This document shows positions 1 through 7,857 of a stretch of DNA of 64,000 nt, one piece after another. Source of the stretch: Candidatus Aminicenantes bacterium (lineage in GTDB: Bacteria > Acidobacteriota > Aminicenantia > Aminicenantales > JAFGBC01); the NCBI GenBank assembly GCA_963702005.1, contig OY969696.1, forward strand, positions 3,775,692 to 3,839,691. Reading direction: 5' to 3'. The notes under the pieces are model-generated. The model was not told the DNA's origin. It saw only the letters and a list, made by a program, of their open reading frames with translations, and did not search any database. The position numbers and the translations under genes were made by a program. How positions within the stretch are numbered: the first letter of the stretch is position 1; the number at the start of each line of letters is the position of its first letter.

Positions 1-827
1 AGGAAGCCGACCGGATGCGGGGGATTGATCCCGACGTCGCCACCCGCGACCTCCACCAGGCCATCGCCCGCGGCGAGTTCCCCGCTTGGCGCGTTGAAGT
101 CCAGATCATGAAGCCGGAACAGGCCAAGGACTACAAGTTCGACCCCTTCGACATCACCAATGTTTGGCCGCACGCCGATTTCCCGCCGCTCGCGATCGGC
201 CGAATGGTCCTCAACCGCAATCCCGAGAACTACTTCGCCGAAGTCGAGCAGGCCGCCTTCTCGCCCGGTAACTTCGTCCCCGGCATCGGCCCGTCCCCGG
301 ACAAGATGCTCCAGGGTCGCCTGTTCAGCTACCATGACACGCACCGCCACCGGCTTGGCCCCAACTACCACCTGCTGCCGGTGAACGCTCCCAAAGCGGC
401 CCCGATGGCGAGTTACCAGAGGGACGGCGCTATGCGCTTCGACAACAATGGCGGGGGCGGCCCCAACTACTGGCCGAACAGCTTCGGCGGTCCGACGCCC
501 GTGCCCGGCACCGCGATCCCCCCGATCGATGTGGCGGGAGCGGCGGCGCGGCATGCCTTTGTTCTCGGCGACATCGACTTCGTCCAGGCGGGCGCCCTCT
601 ACCGGAAAGTCATGACGGACGCGGATCGCGAGCACCTCATCGGCAACATCGTCGGCCACCTGGGAGGGGCGAAGAAAGCCATCCAGCTGCGGCAGACAGC
701 GCTGTTTCATAAAGCCGATCCGGAGTACGGTGAGCGCGTCGCCAAGGGCCTGGGTCTGAAGGTCGACGAAGTCAAGAAGCTGGCGGCGATGTCCCAGGAA
801 GAACGGGTCAAGGCGACTGCCCTGTAA
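1..827 (+). CDS. katE: Catalase, C-terminal ~275 aa (5' end lies outside the window)
   Basis: ORF 15..827 translation (…LFSYHDTHRHRLGPNYHLLPVNAP…NYWPNSFGG…) matches the conserved C-terminal half of monofunctional haem catalases. There is no stop upstream in frame, so the gene runs off the window start. Confidence 0.85.
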   Translation, partial: EADRMRGIDPDVATRDLHQAIARGEFPAWRVEVQIMKPEQAKDYKFDPFDITNVWPHADFPPLAIGRMVLNRNPENYFAEVEQAAFSPGNFVPGIGPSPDKMLQGRLFSYHDTHRHRLGPNYHLLPVNAPKAAPMASYQRDGAMRFDNNGGGGPNYWPNSFGGPTPVPGTAIPPIDVAGAAARHAFVLGDIDFVQAGALYRKVMTDADREHLIGNIVGHLGGAKKAIQLRQTALFHKADPEYGERVAKGLGLKVDEVKKLAAMSQEERVKATAL

Positions 828-903
828 GGACCTTAAGCCAGTTGGTACGGTCTACCAGACTACGAAAACGGCTGCGGTAAAAATAACAAAGTGCAGGCTT
901 GAC

Positions 904-928
904 CCCGCTACTTTGTGCGGGCTTTTTT
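904..928 (+). terminator. Candidate rho-independent terminator for catalase (GC stem CCCGC…GCGGG plus T6). It is embedded in a family-1 REP-like repeat and overlaps the 3' codons of the convergent GNAT gene.
   Basis: Seen in sequence: gaccccgctactttgtgcgggcttttttgg, 75 nt after the catalase stop. The stem is only 5 bp, hence the low confidence. Confidence 0.4.
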
Positions 929-1714
929 GGCGATCGCTTTGTGGATCTTCTTGTAGGACGGCGGCGGGCCGGTCCGCATCTGCTTCGCGTCTATAAACAG
1001 GGCGTCCACGATCCCCCACTCGTCCACGGCCGCCCTATCGAAGGTATCGACCGATCGGAAGACGACCTTGTCCCCGATTTCGGCGGCGGCCCTCTTGGCC
1101 CTCTCGAAAGTCATGTTCATGACCGGGCACCAGCCGTTGAGGAAGACGGTCACCGCGGCCTTGTTCTCAACCGGCTCCGGACGCTTCTTCTCGCGGATCC
1201 AGCGGGGAGGCGCGGCGCCGTCGCCGAACGGCTTCCAGAGGAGGATCATCCCCCCGAGTTTATCAACGGGAAGATAGCCCCGCTTCTTGAACCAGGACGC
1301 CCGCATGAACACGGGGAGGCGCACCCCCCAGGCGACCATCCCCTTTGCGCCTCGCTTCCGGACGTCATCCTCGGCCGCCCGGAGAAGGGCTTGCCCCATG
1401 CCGCGCTTCTGGAAATTACCGCGCCCCTTCTTGTTGCCGTGGACCCAGATGCAAAGGATAAAATAGAGGTCTTTCCCCTCGGCCGCCGAATACTCGATCG
1501 GAGCATATTGGATCATCCCGCCGACACGGCCTTCGGCGTCGAGGGCGATCTTGACTCCCAGGCCGCGGCCCTTCATTCGGCGGTACCAGTTTTCTTTGTG
1601 GGAACCCGCTTCTTTCATATCGTCCGACCAGTCCTCGAGGCACTGGAAATAAAGGCTCTCGTGCTCCGGCGAAAGGTCGACGACTTGGTAGGTCTGCTGT
1701 TTCTTGTTTGTCAT
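908..1714 (-). CDS. GNAT family N-acetyltransferase with C-terminal thioredoxin-like domain
   Basis: 268 aa. The acetyl-CoA motif GNKKGRGNFQKRGMGQALL is present. The C-terminal third has a thioredoxin-like WCPVMN CxxC-type motif. Confidence 0.6.
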   Translation of the reverse strand: MTNKKQQTYQVVDLSPEHESLYFQCLEDWSDDMKEAGSHKENWYRRMKGRGLGVKIALDAEGRVGGMIQYAPIEYSAAEGKDLYFILCIWVHGNKKGRGNFQKRGMGQALLRAAEDDVRKRGAKGMVAWGVRLPVFMRASWFKKRGYLPVDKLGGMILLWKPFGDGAAPPRWIREKKRPEPVENKAAVTVFLNGWCPVMNMTFERAKRAAAEIGDKVVFRSVDTFDRAAVDEWGIVDALFIDAKQMRTGPPPSYKKIHKAIAKKARTK

Positions 1715-1735
1715 GAAAATTTACCTTGTTTCCGT

Positions 1736-3430
1736 TCAGGGCGTTTTGACCTTTTTGGCCGGCATCGTCCGCCCGCCCTGGTTAAGAACAAGCCCGGTCA
1801 CCTCCCCCGAAGCGTCCTTGACGAATTCGACCTGGGCCTCCACTTCCTTGAGGAAGAACTTCGTTTCCGATTCCGGGAAGAGCTCAACCTCCGGCTGTCC
1901 GGTGGCCTGGGAGATGAGCTTGCTCTCCCGTCTGATGATGGTGATCGTGAAACCGGGCATGAGCTCGTAATCGCCGACATACTGGTCGTAGATCTTGGGA
2001 TCGACGGCGACTTCCTTTTTCGGGACGGGAAGCGGTTTGGCCGTTTTCAGGTAAATCTGGGCGGGCCCCAAGCGCGATTGGATCCTGAGCCCCGTCACGG
2101 CGCCCGCCGCATTCTTGATGAAACGAAGGACGGCGGGATTTTCCTTGAAAAAGAATTCAACGCCGGAAGCCGCCAGGATTTCAGACTTGCCCTGGCCGCG
2201 CCTCTGGGAATAAAGTTTGTTCCCCTCGCGCGTGATATAGCGCTCCTCCTTCGCGGCGTCCTCGTAGACTCCCGTCAGGGGGTCGAGGTCCTTGGCGGCC
2301 AAGCTGACGACCTTGCGTTCGGGCGCGGGCTTGCCGAGCACGAGGCCGGCGATCTTGACCGCCCTGGGCTCCGGATCGCGGCCTTCGATGGCGCTGTTGG
2401 TCAGGATAGCCAGGAAGATCCCGTCCTCGGGAAGCGTCATTTCGTAGGTCGTAAAGCCGTTGATTCCGCCGCCGTGCTCGATCGTGCGGTGACCCTGATA
2501 ATCCGTAATGAACCAGCCGTACCCGTAGCCCGTGGATTCGCCGTTCTTCAGCTTAAACGGAGTGAATGCCTTGTCCAGCCAGTCCCTCCCGATCAATTTT
2601 CCCGAAAAGACGGCGTCGCTCCAAACGGCCAAATCGTCGACGCTGGAGAGAAGCGATCCCGCGGCGTAGGGCTGGGTCATGCTCAAGTAAGGGGCGTTGA
2701 TGAAACCGGACTTCCCCTCCTGGTAGCCGGGGATGCGGCGGGGGATGATCCGCTCGGCGCTGCCGTAGAAGGAATGCGTCATGCCGAGCGGCTTGAAAAT
2801 ATGCCCCTCGACGAATTCCTCATAGGTTTGGCCCGAGACTTTCTCGATGATGGCGCCGAGGAGGATGTAGCCGGAATTGCAGTAAGCCCACCGCTCTCCG
2901 GGCTCGAATTTCATGGGCTTATCCTTGAAAAAATCGATAAGCTCCTGGACGGTGAAGTCCTTCCTCCACAGCGGCAGCCATTCCGCCATGTCCGTATAGC
3001 TCTGAATGCCCGAGGTATGGGTCAGCAGGTGCTCGACGGTGATGCGGCGGCCCTGCATCGGATAGCCGGGCAGATACTTCGAAATTTCGTCCTGGAGGCC
3101 GAGCTTGCCCTGCTCGGCCAGCATGAGAATGGAGACGGCCGTGAACTGCTTGGTGATCGAGCCGAGCCGGAAGACCATGTCCGGTTCGACGGTCACGCCC
3201 AGTTCGAGGTCGGCCATGCCGTAGCCTTTGCGGAAAATCGTTTGTCCCGCCTTCCGGACGATGATCGCGGCGCCGGGTTCGCTTGGATGATAGACCTCGG
3301 TCATCACCGCGTCGATTTTTTTCGTCAGGGTGTCGTCGCCCGCGGCCTGGGCCGAGACGGCGGGCGCGAGCAACGCCGAGGCTAAAACGGCGGCAAGAAT
3401 GAAGGTCAGGGTTTTCTTCCTCAAATGCAT
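1736..3430 (-). CDS. Serine hydrolase of the beta-lactamase/PBP family (secreted, with a C-terminal extra domain)
   Basis: 564 aa. N-terminal signal peptide (MHLRKKTLTFILAAVLASALLAPAVSAQA). SxxK active-site motif (SITK) in LGSITKQFTAVSILML. Confidence 0.75.
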   Translation of the reverse strand: MHLRKKTLTFILAAVLASALLAPAVSAQAAGDDTLTKKIDAVMTEVYHPSEPGAAIIVRKAGQTIFRKGYGMADLELGVTVEPDMVFRLGSITKQFTAVSILMLAEQGKLGLQDEISKYLPGYPMQGRRITVEHLLTHTSGIQSYTDMAEWLPLWRKDFTVQELIDFFKDKPMKFEPGERWAYCNSGYILLGAIIEKVSGQTYEEFVEGHIFKPLGMTHSFYGSAERIIPRRIPGYQEGKSGFINAPYLSMTQPYAAGSLLSSVDDLAVWSDAVFSGKLIGRDWLDKAFTPFKLKNGESTGYGYGWFITDYQGHRTIEHGGGINGFTTYEMTLPEDGIFLAILTNSAIEGRDPEPRAVKIAGLVLGKPAPERKVVSLAAKDLDPLTGVYEDAAKEERYITREGNKLYSQRRGQGKSEILAASGVEFFFKENPAVLRFIKNAAGAVTGLRIQSRLGPAQIYLKTAKPLPVPKKEVAVDPKIYDQYVGDYELMPGFTITIIRRESKLISQATGQPEVELFPESETKFFLKEVEAQVEFVKDASGEVTGLVLNQGGRTMPAKKVKTP

Positions 3431-3485
3431 CGGGACCTCCTGATTCCGGACTTAGACGCTATTATATACGGAAAAACCGTAGGCT

Positions 3486-3560
3486 GGGGTCAAACCTACA
3501 CTTTGTCACAAAGTGTAAAAACGACAATAACACTAAGTGACAAAGTGTAGGTTTGACCCC
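3486..3560. repeat. Family-1 REP-like inverted doublet (REPIN-like). Arms are 24-nt perfect inverted repeats ggggtcaaacctacactttgtcac / gtgacaaagtgtaggtttgacccc, separated by a ~27-nt spacer.
   Basis: Seen directly. The same unit recurs at ~880-915, 5829-5851, 6485-6508 and 7834-7856. Confidence 0.85.
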
Positions 3561-3561
3561 G

Positions 3562-5724
3562 CTACAGGCGCCAAAGATAGGACGCCTTGAAGAAGAAGCC
3601 GCGCTTGGTCTCCAGGAATCGGTCGGACCGCAGATAGGCTCGCTCATCCGCGTTCCACTCCACCTTATCGTAGAGCGATCCGTAGCCGATGTGAATGACC
3701 GTCCCGGGGATGTAGGTGAATGAGGCCAGGAAATCGGTCATCAGTTCCTTGTAGAAGGAATTGTATTCGACGATGGCCCGGAAGAAGAGGTACTTGTTGA
3801 CCTGGTAGGTATTGAGGCTGCGAACGATCGTGTAGTCGTATTCTCTCGTCCCATCGGCCGAGCGCGTGAAGTCGGAATAGGAGAAGCTTAGGTCGAACAG
3901 GAAATTCTGGGACGGCTGGAAGGAGGCCTCGGCGAAAAGGTCGTTTCCCCTCCCCTGGTAGGGATCAAGGACGTACCGGATCTTCTGCCCGAGATTGAAG
4001 CGGAGGACGAGCGAGAGCGGCTTAACGATCTGGCTCTGGGCGACGAACCTGACCCCGCTCCGGCCGAATCGCCGGCCCAGAAAAACTTCGGTCGAATACT
4101 TGCCCCCGAACGTAACGGACGTGCTCCGGGGCAGGATGAACCGCAGGTCCGCCTGCTCGGTCGTTTCCCAAAGCCCGCTCTCCTTGTCCCGGACTTCGAT
4201 GAAATGGACGATCGGGTCGATGCGCAGGAATAGCTTGGACTTGGGATAGACCATGGGCAGGAAGCCGGCCTGGAGCCGGCTGATCCCGTTCCGGGTCAGG
4301 TAGCCGGTTTCGGTCTCGAAGTCCCGGTCAAGGTCCTGGGCATAAATATTGATGATCCAGTCGCGCGATTGAAGGCCGTAGCTGAGGCCGATCGCATGGC
4401 CGTCCCGGGCCTCCTCGCCCGCGCCCGGATCGGTTCGCGACCAAAACGCATGGTAGCCAACGGCCGCCGCCGGCGTCAAGCGGATCTGCCCGTCCGTTCC
4501 CGCGACCGCATTGTAATGTTCGCCTTCGAACCGGCCCGTCAGGAATCCGCCCAGGAAGCTGTCCTCGCTCAGGGCATGTTTGTAGCGGACGATCGTGAAA
4601 TGGGCGAAATCCTCGGCCGATTCCTCGGGCAGCTCATCCATGGCGTAAATGGAGGCGACCGTGTCCTTCGGACCGAGCTTCCCGTTGAGCTTGAATCCCA
4701 GGTAGGGATTGACGATCGTCCGGGTGTGGACGATAGCCCCCAGCGGATCGCCCGACTGGGCGGCGAAGGCGAACTTCTCCCGCCCCTCGAGGAAGAACGG
4801 CCGCTTTTCGGGATAGAACAGAGCATAACGAAGGTTGAAGTCGACCTGGCCCGCGTCGGCCTCGACCTGGCTGAAATCGGGATTGACGGTCCCGTCCAGG
4901 ATGAGCTGAGAGGTCAGTCCGTATTTAGCCGTCAGGCTGAGGTCGCTCTGGTCGGACTCCGAGCGGAGGGCGCCCTCGTCGGCGACGCTCGTCCGGCCGT
5001 AGGTCACCGCCGGCAGAAGCTCGAATAGGGTGTAATGACGGACGCCCTCGAAGTTGAGAGCCCTGGTCTGCGTCACGAAATTGAGACCTTGGGCTCGGTC
5101 GAGCGGTGGGTAGGTCCCGGACTCGGAGAATCGGCTGATGCATCGCTCGAAAATGATCCCCATCTCGACCGGATCTTTGGAAGCATAGCGAAGGCTCTTG
5201 AAGGGCAGGCGGATCTCGATCGCATAGCCCTCGGCGTCGATCCGGCCGGCCGAGTACCAGACGACATCAACCGAGAAATCCTCATTGCTGGCCTCGAACT
5301 TGGAATCAGCCTGGATGCCGAGCGGGTTGACGTAGAGCGCGTAAAGGGACTGCTGGTCGTTGAAAGAGTCGAGGTTGATGCAGATCCAATCGTCTCCGGA
5401 CTGGATACTGTCCCGGTTCGAGACGACCGCCTTGATCTTGGAAGGCTCGTTGTCGTAGCAGCGGAACGCGAAGTAAAGATTCTCGCGGTCGTAAGCGTAA
5501 TAGACGACCGTATTCTGATGCATGTCCTTGCCCATGTCGGGGCGCCAGGTCTTGAAGCCCGTCTCCGTGGGCGCGAGCTTCCAGACGGCGTCGTCGAGGA
5601 TACCGTCGATCACGGGCGGCGTCTCGGTCTTGTAGGGTCTAAGGGGCGGCAGCTTCTGGGCGGCCGCGGCGGCCAGGGATGTGAACAGAACCGCCGCCAG
5701 GACGGGACAGACTATTTCGATCAA
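3562..5724 (-). CDS. CBM9-like (DOMON-like) domain plus DUF5916 beta-barrel hydrolase family protein, secreted
   Basis: 720 aa. N-terminal signal. IDGILDDAVWK…LYFAFRCYD carbohydrate-binding family 9-like module. Long C-terminal region ending in an aromatic-rich beta-barrel-like tail. Confidence 0.55.
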   Translation of the reverse strand: MIEIVCPVLAAVLFTSLAAAAAQKLPPLRPYKTETPPVIDGILDDAVWKLAPTETGFKTWRPDMGKDMHQNTVVYYAYDRENLYFAFRCYDNEPSKIKAVVSNRDSIQSGDDWICINLDSFNDQQSLYALYVNPLGIQADSKFEASNEDFSVDVVWYSAGRIDAEGYAIEIRLPFKSLRYASKDPVEMGIIFERCISRFSESGTYPPLDRAQGLNFVTQTRALNFEGVRHYTLFELLPAVTYGRTSVADEGALRSESDQSDLSLTAKYGLTSQLILDGTVNPDFSQVEADAGQVDFNLRYALFYPEKRPFFLEGREKFAFAAQSGDPLGAIVHTRTIVNPYLGFKLNGKLGPKDTVASIYAMDELPEESAEDFAHFTIVRYKHALSEDSFLGGFLTGRFEGEHYNAVAGTDGQIRLTPAAAVGYHAFWSRTDPGAGEEARDGHAIGLSYGLQSRDWIINIYAQDLDRDFETETGYLTRNGISRLQAGFLPMVYPKSKLFLRIDPIVHFIEVRDKESGLWETTEQADLRFILPRSTSVTFGGKYSTEVFLGRRFGRSGVRFVAQSQIVKPLSLVLRFNLGQKIRYVLDPYQGRGNDLFAEASFQPSQNFLFDLSFSYSDFTRSADGTREYDYTIVRSLNTYQVNKYLFFRAIVEYNSFYKELMTDFLASFTYIPGTVIHIGYGSLYDKVEWNADERAYLRSDRFLETKRGFFFKASYLWRL

Positions 5725-5828
5725 TCGGCGGAGCTTTTGATAAGGAACAAACGCATGGCGGGCCGAGCTTTTGACACCCTCTCATTTTCCAATCTCAGGA
5801 GGGCACAGCATATCGCAACAACGGCCGA

Positions 5829-5851
5829 GGGTCAAACCTACACTTTATCAC
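5829..5851. repeat. Family-1 REP-like unit (minus orientation) flanking the IS200-like transposase
   Basis: gggtcaaacctacactttatcac. It is followed by a subterminal hairpin ccccgcggcaagccgcgggg (5863-5882). Confidence 0.8.
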
Positions 5852-5859
5852 TTAGTAAA

Positions 5860-6450
5860 GATCCCCGCGGCAAGCCGCGGGGCATTAGGAGCGCAGCTTC
5901 AAGGCCAGCTGCGCAGGCCCTTGCTCCAGTTCTCGGTGACTGACGATGTACTTCGCGATCACATCCCTCGTCATCCGGTCTCCGACCGTCCTTGCGAAAT
6001 ATCCGTCCTCCCACACTTCCCCGCCCCACAGCTTCTTTTTCAAGCCCGCAAACTCGCGAAACAACCCCCTCCCACTCATGCTCTTTATGATCCTGACGAC
6101 CTCCCCGATCGATCGCGATGGCGGAAATGATACTAGCAAATGAATATGATCTTCGGTAATTTCCATCTCGATGATTTCAATATCGTACGATTCGCAAATC
6201 TCTCCCACGATCTGTTTCGCTCGTTCCCGGACTTCCACCCGCTCGAAAATCTTCTTCCGGTACTTCGGACACCAGACCAGATGGTAGGACGTGTCGTAGA
6301 CCGAATGACTCGTCCGTTTCAGCGTCACCCATATACTTTACCACACTCCCGAGCAAGGGCCTTTGTGGATAAGGGGGACTTTCCGGTCCCCCTTATCACC
6401 CCCTCGGCAAGGCATACATTCCACCCCGTGGCAAGCCACGGGGCAGCCTG
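5860..6450 (-). mobile_element. IS200/IS605-family element (tnpA only, no tnpB) with subterminal GC hairpins at both ends. It is inserted between inverted family-1 REP units (REP-RAYT-REP-like).
   Basis: The hairpins ccccgcggcaagccgcgggg (left) and ccccgtggcaagccacgggg (right, 6424-6444) bracket tnpA. Total length ~0.6-0.7 kb, typical of IS200. Local GC is ~50% versus ~65% for the surrounding genome. Confidence 0.7.
5885..6328 (-). CDS. tnpA: IS200/IS605 family Y1 (HUH) transposase TnpA, possibly a REP-associated tyrosine transposase
   Basis: 147 aa with YHLVWCPKYRKKIF, the HuH motif HIHLLVSFPP, and a C-terminal catalytic Tyr (GYFARTVGD). This is a canonical IS200 TnpA architecture. Confidence 0.85.
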   Translation of the reverse strand: MTLKRTSHSVYDTSYHLVWCPKYRKKIFERVEVRERAKQIVGEICESYDIEIIEMEITEDHIHLLVSFPPSRSIGEVVRIIKSMSGRGLFREFAGLKKKLWGGEVWEDGYFARTVGDRMTRDVIAKYIVSHRELEQGPAQLALKLRS

Positions 6451-6484
6451 TAAAGCTTTCGTGCAATCTGAGTTTTTACACTTT

Positions 6485-6508
6485 GTAACAAAGTGTAGGT
6501 TTGACCCC
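6485..6508. repeat. Family-1 REP-like unit (plus orientation) flanking the transposase on the other side
   Basis: gtaacaaagtgtaggtttgacccc, in inverted orientation relative to the 5829-5851 copy. Confidence 0.8.
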
Positions 6509-6514
6509 GATCAC

Positions 6515-6970
6515 TTATTTCTCCTCCGCGCTTTCCATTCTGTGGAGGTAGGACTCGAAGGCCGCTCGTCCCTCCTCCTGCCAGAATTGCCTGAAATGCC
6601 GCCATTTCCGCCCGTTCCCGGGGAAGGGAGCGTCCTCCTCGCAGGCCTCTTCATCGCCGAGGTGCTTCTTGAAATGACCCCGGAAATGACGTTCGAAGCG
6701 GTCGCCGTGGCCCCGATGGGCATGACCGAAGCCTCCGAACAGAAGCTTGGCCAACAGGACGATGCCGAAAGCCTGCCAGAAGCCGATGGTCGTCAACCCG
6801 AACAGGGGCGGCATCAGCCAGTTCCAGAGAACCTTGACGACCAGGCCGAACACGAAAGCGAATAAAACCGCGAACCCGACCCCGGCGACGGCGAGGCTGA
6901 CAATCCGCAGCACCTTGATTCTGTGCCGGCCGGCAGAGCTCGGTCCGGGATGATCAGAGGGAATGTTCAT
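6515..6970 (-). CDS. His-rich 2-TM membrane protein translationally coupled to the ECF sigma factor (putative anti-sigma / sigma partner)
   Basis: 151 aa. Its start lies 4 nt after the stop of the upstream sigma gene. It has two TM helices and a His-rich cytoplasmic tail (GHAHRGHGDRFERHFRGHFKKH). No canonical ZAS motif, so the anti-sigma assignment rests on gene context only. Confidence 0.4.
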   Translation of the reverse strand: MNIPSDHPGPSSAGRHRIKVLRIVSLAVAGVGFAVLFAFVFGLVVKVLWNWLMPPLFGLTTIGFWQAFGIVLLAKLLFGGFGHAHRGHGDRFERHFRGHFKKHLGDEEACEEDAPFPGNGRKWRHFRQFWQEEGRAAFESYLHRMESAEEK

Positions 6971-6973
6971 GGC

Positions 6974-7495
6974 TTAACTCCTTTCGATACGATCTGACTG
7001 ACCGTTCAGTTGTTTTCTGATTTTATCCAGAGCGCGGCTTTTACGCGCTAAAAGCGTCCCGAGCGGGATGTCCCATTCCTCGGCGAGCGCCTTAAAGGAT
7101 CGGCCCTCGAATTCAGTCGCCAGGATGATCCCCTTGTCCTCGGCGCTCAGTCCGTCCATGGCGTCGAAGATGAGGTCCATGGTCTCCCGCTGCTCCAGGT
7201 CCTCGAGCGGATCCGAACCTGATTCCAAAACGGCCTCCGGAAGGACGACCGTTTCACGCCGCTTCCGGAAGCGGTCGATGATCCTGTTCCGGAGCGCCCG
7301 GTAGATGAAGGCGGCCAGGTCCCGGATGGGAACGGTTGGGTCCGCCCGATCGAACAGGCTGACGATCACGTCCTGGACGATATCCTTGGCGTCCTGGTCG
7401 GCGGCATCGTCGATCCGGCGGCGGACGTAGCCGACCAGGGCTTCCCGCTCTCCGCGCAGGAATTCCGTCAACCTGGTCTTCGTTGAATCCGGCAT
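6974..7495 (-). CDS. ECF (sigma-70 family, group IV) RNA polymerase sigma factor
   Basis: 173 aa. Region 2 (DIVQDVIVSLF…AFIYRALRNRIIDRFRK) and region 4 are present. Confidence 0.8.
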   Translation of the reverse strand: MPDSTKTRLTEFLRGEREALVGYVRRRIDDAADQDAKDIVQDVIVSLFDRADPTVPIRDLAAFIYRALRNRIIDRFRKRRETVVLPEAVLESGSDPLEDLEQRETMDLIFDAMDGLSAEDKGIILATEFEGRSFKALAEEWDIPLGTLLARKSRALDKIRKQLNGQSDRIERS

Positions 7496-7584
7496 CTCAT
7501 CCTATCCATATATTAAAGACGTATCCCCGGACCGATTATTGCGGGAAGGAGCGGGAGAGCGCTGTTCGGTATCTTCGGCAATAA

Positions 7585-7812
7585 GGGAGCGGGTCCCTCC
7601 TCTTTTATCTCGGCCTCGCCCTTTCCACCCTTTCGCTTCTGGCGCTGGCTGTATTCGAGGGCATTTTCATATTTTATAACTTCATCGCCTCCTATGAGGA
7701 GCGACGGCTCGTCCAAATATACGGAGACGCCTACCTGGACTACCGGCGGAAGGTTCCCAAGTGGATCCCGCGCCTTCGGCCCGCCCGGTTCGGTCCGCTA
7801 AGCGGAGAATGA
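7585..7812 (+). pseudogene. 3' remnant (~75 codons, no start codon) of an isoprenylcysteine carboxyl / phospholipid methyltransferase (ICMT/PEMT family) gene
   Basis: The stop-to-stop frame translates to …LALAVFEGIFIFYNFIASYEERRLVQIYGDAYLDYRRKVPKWIPRLRPARF*, the conserved C-terminal SAM-binding tail of ICMT-family enzymes. There is no ATG/GTG/TTG in frame after the upstream TAA, and only ~90 nt separate it from the preceding gene. Confidence 0.45.
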
Positions 7813-7833
7813 AGCGGCGGTCTGGATAGGTCA

Positions 7834-7856
7834 CAAAGCGCAGGCTTGATCCCGCT
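7834..7856. repeat. Family-1 REP-like unit (diverged: acaaagcgcaggcttgatcccgc) between the methyltransferase remnant and the convergent C69 peptidase gene
   Basis: Seen directly. Same core as the 880-915 copy. Confidence 0.6.
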
Positions 7857-7857
7857 G

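Noticed and set aside
899-3385. 828-aa plus-strand ORF overlapping the GNAT and beta-lactamase-family genes
   Set aside because: It is antisense to two well-supported genes and has a low-complexity Arg/Gly/Leu-rich translation. Long stop-free antisense frames are expected at ~65% GC.
3462-3647. 61-aa ORF spanning the family-1 inverted doublet
   Set aside because: It lies entirely across a perfect palindrome, and its translation simply mirrors the repeat. It is not a gene.
7513-7716. 67-aa minus-strand ORF in the sigma-peptidase spacer
   Set aside because: The opposite strand gives an unmistakable ICMT-family C-terminal translation, so the minus ORF is the less likely reading.
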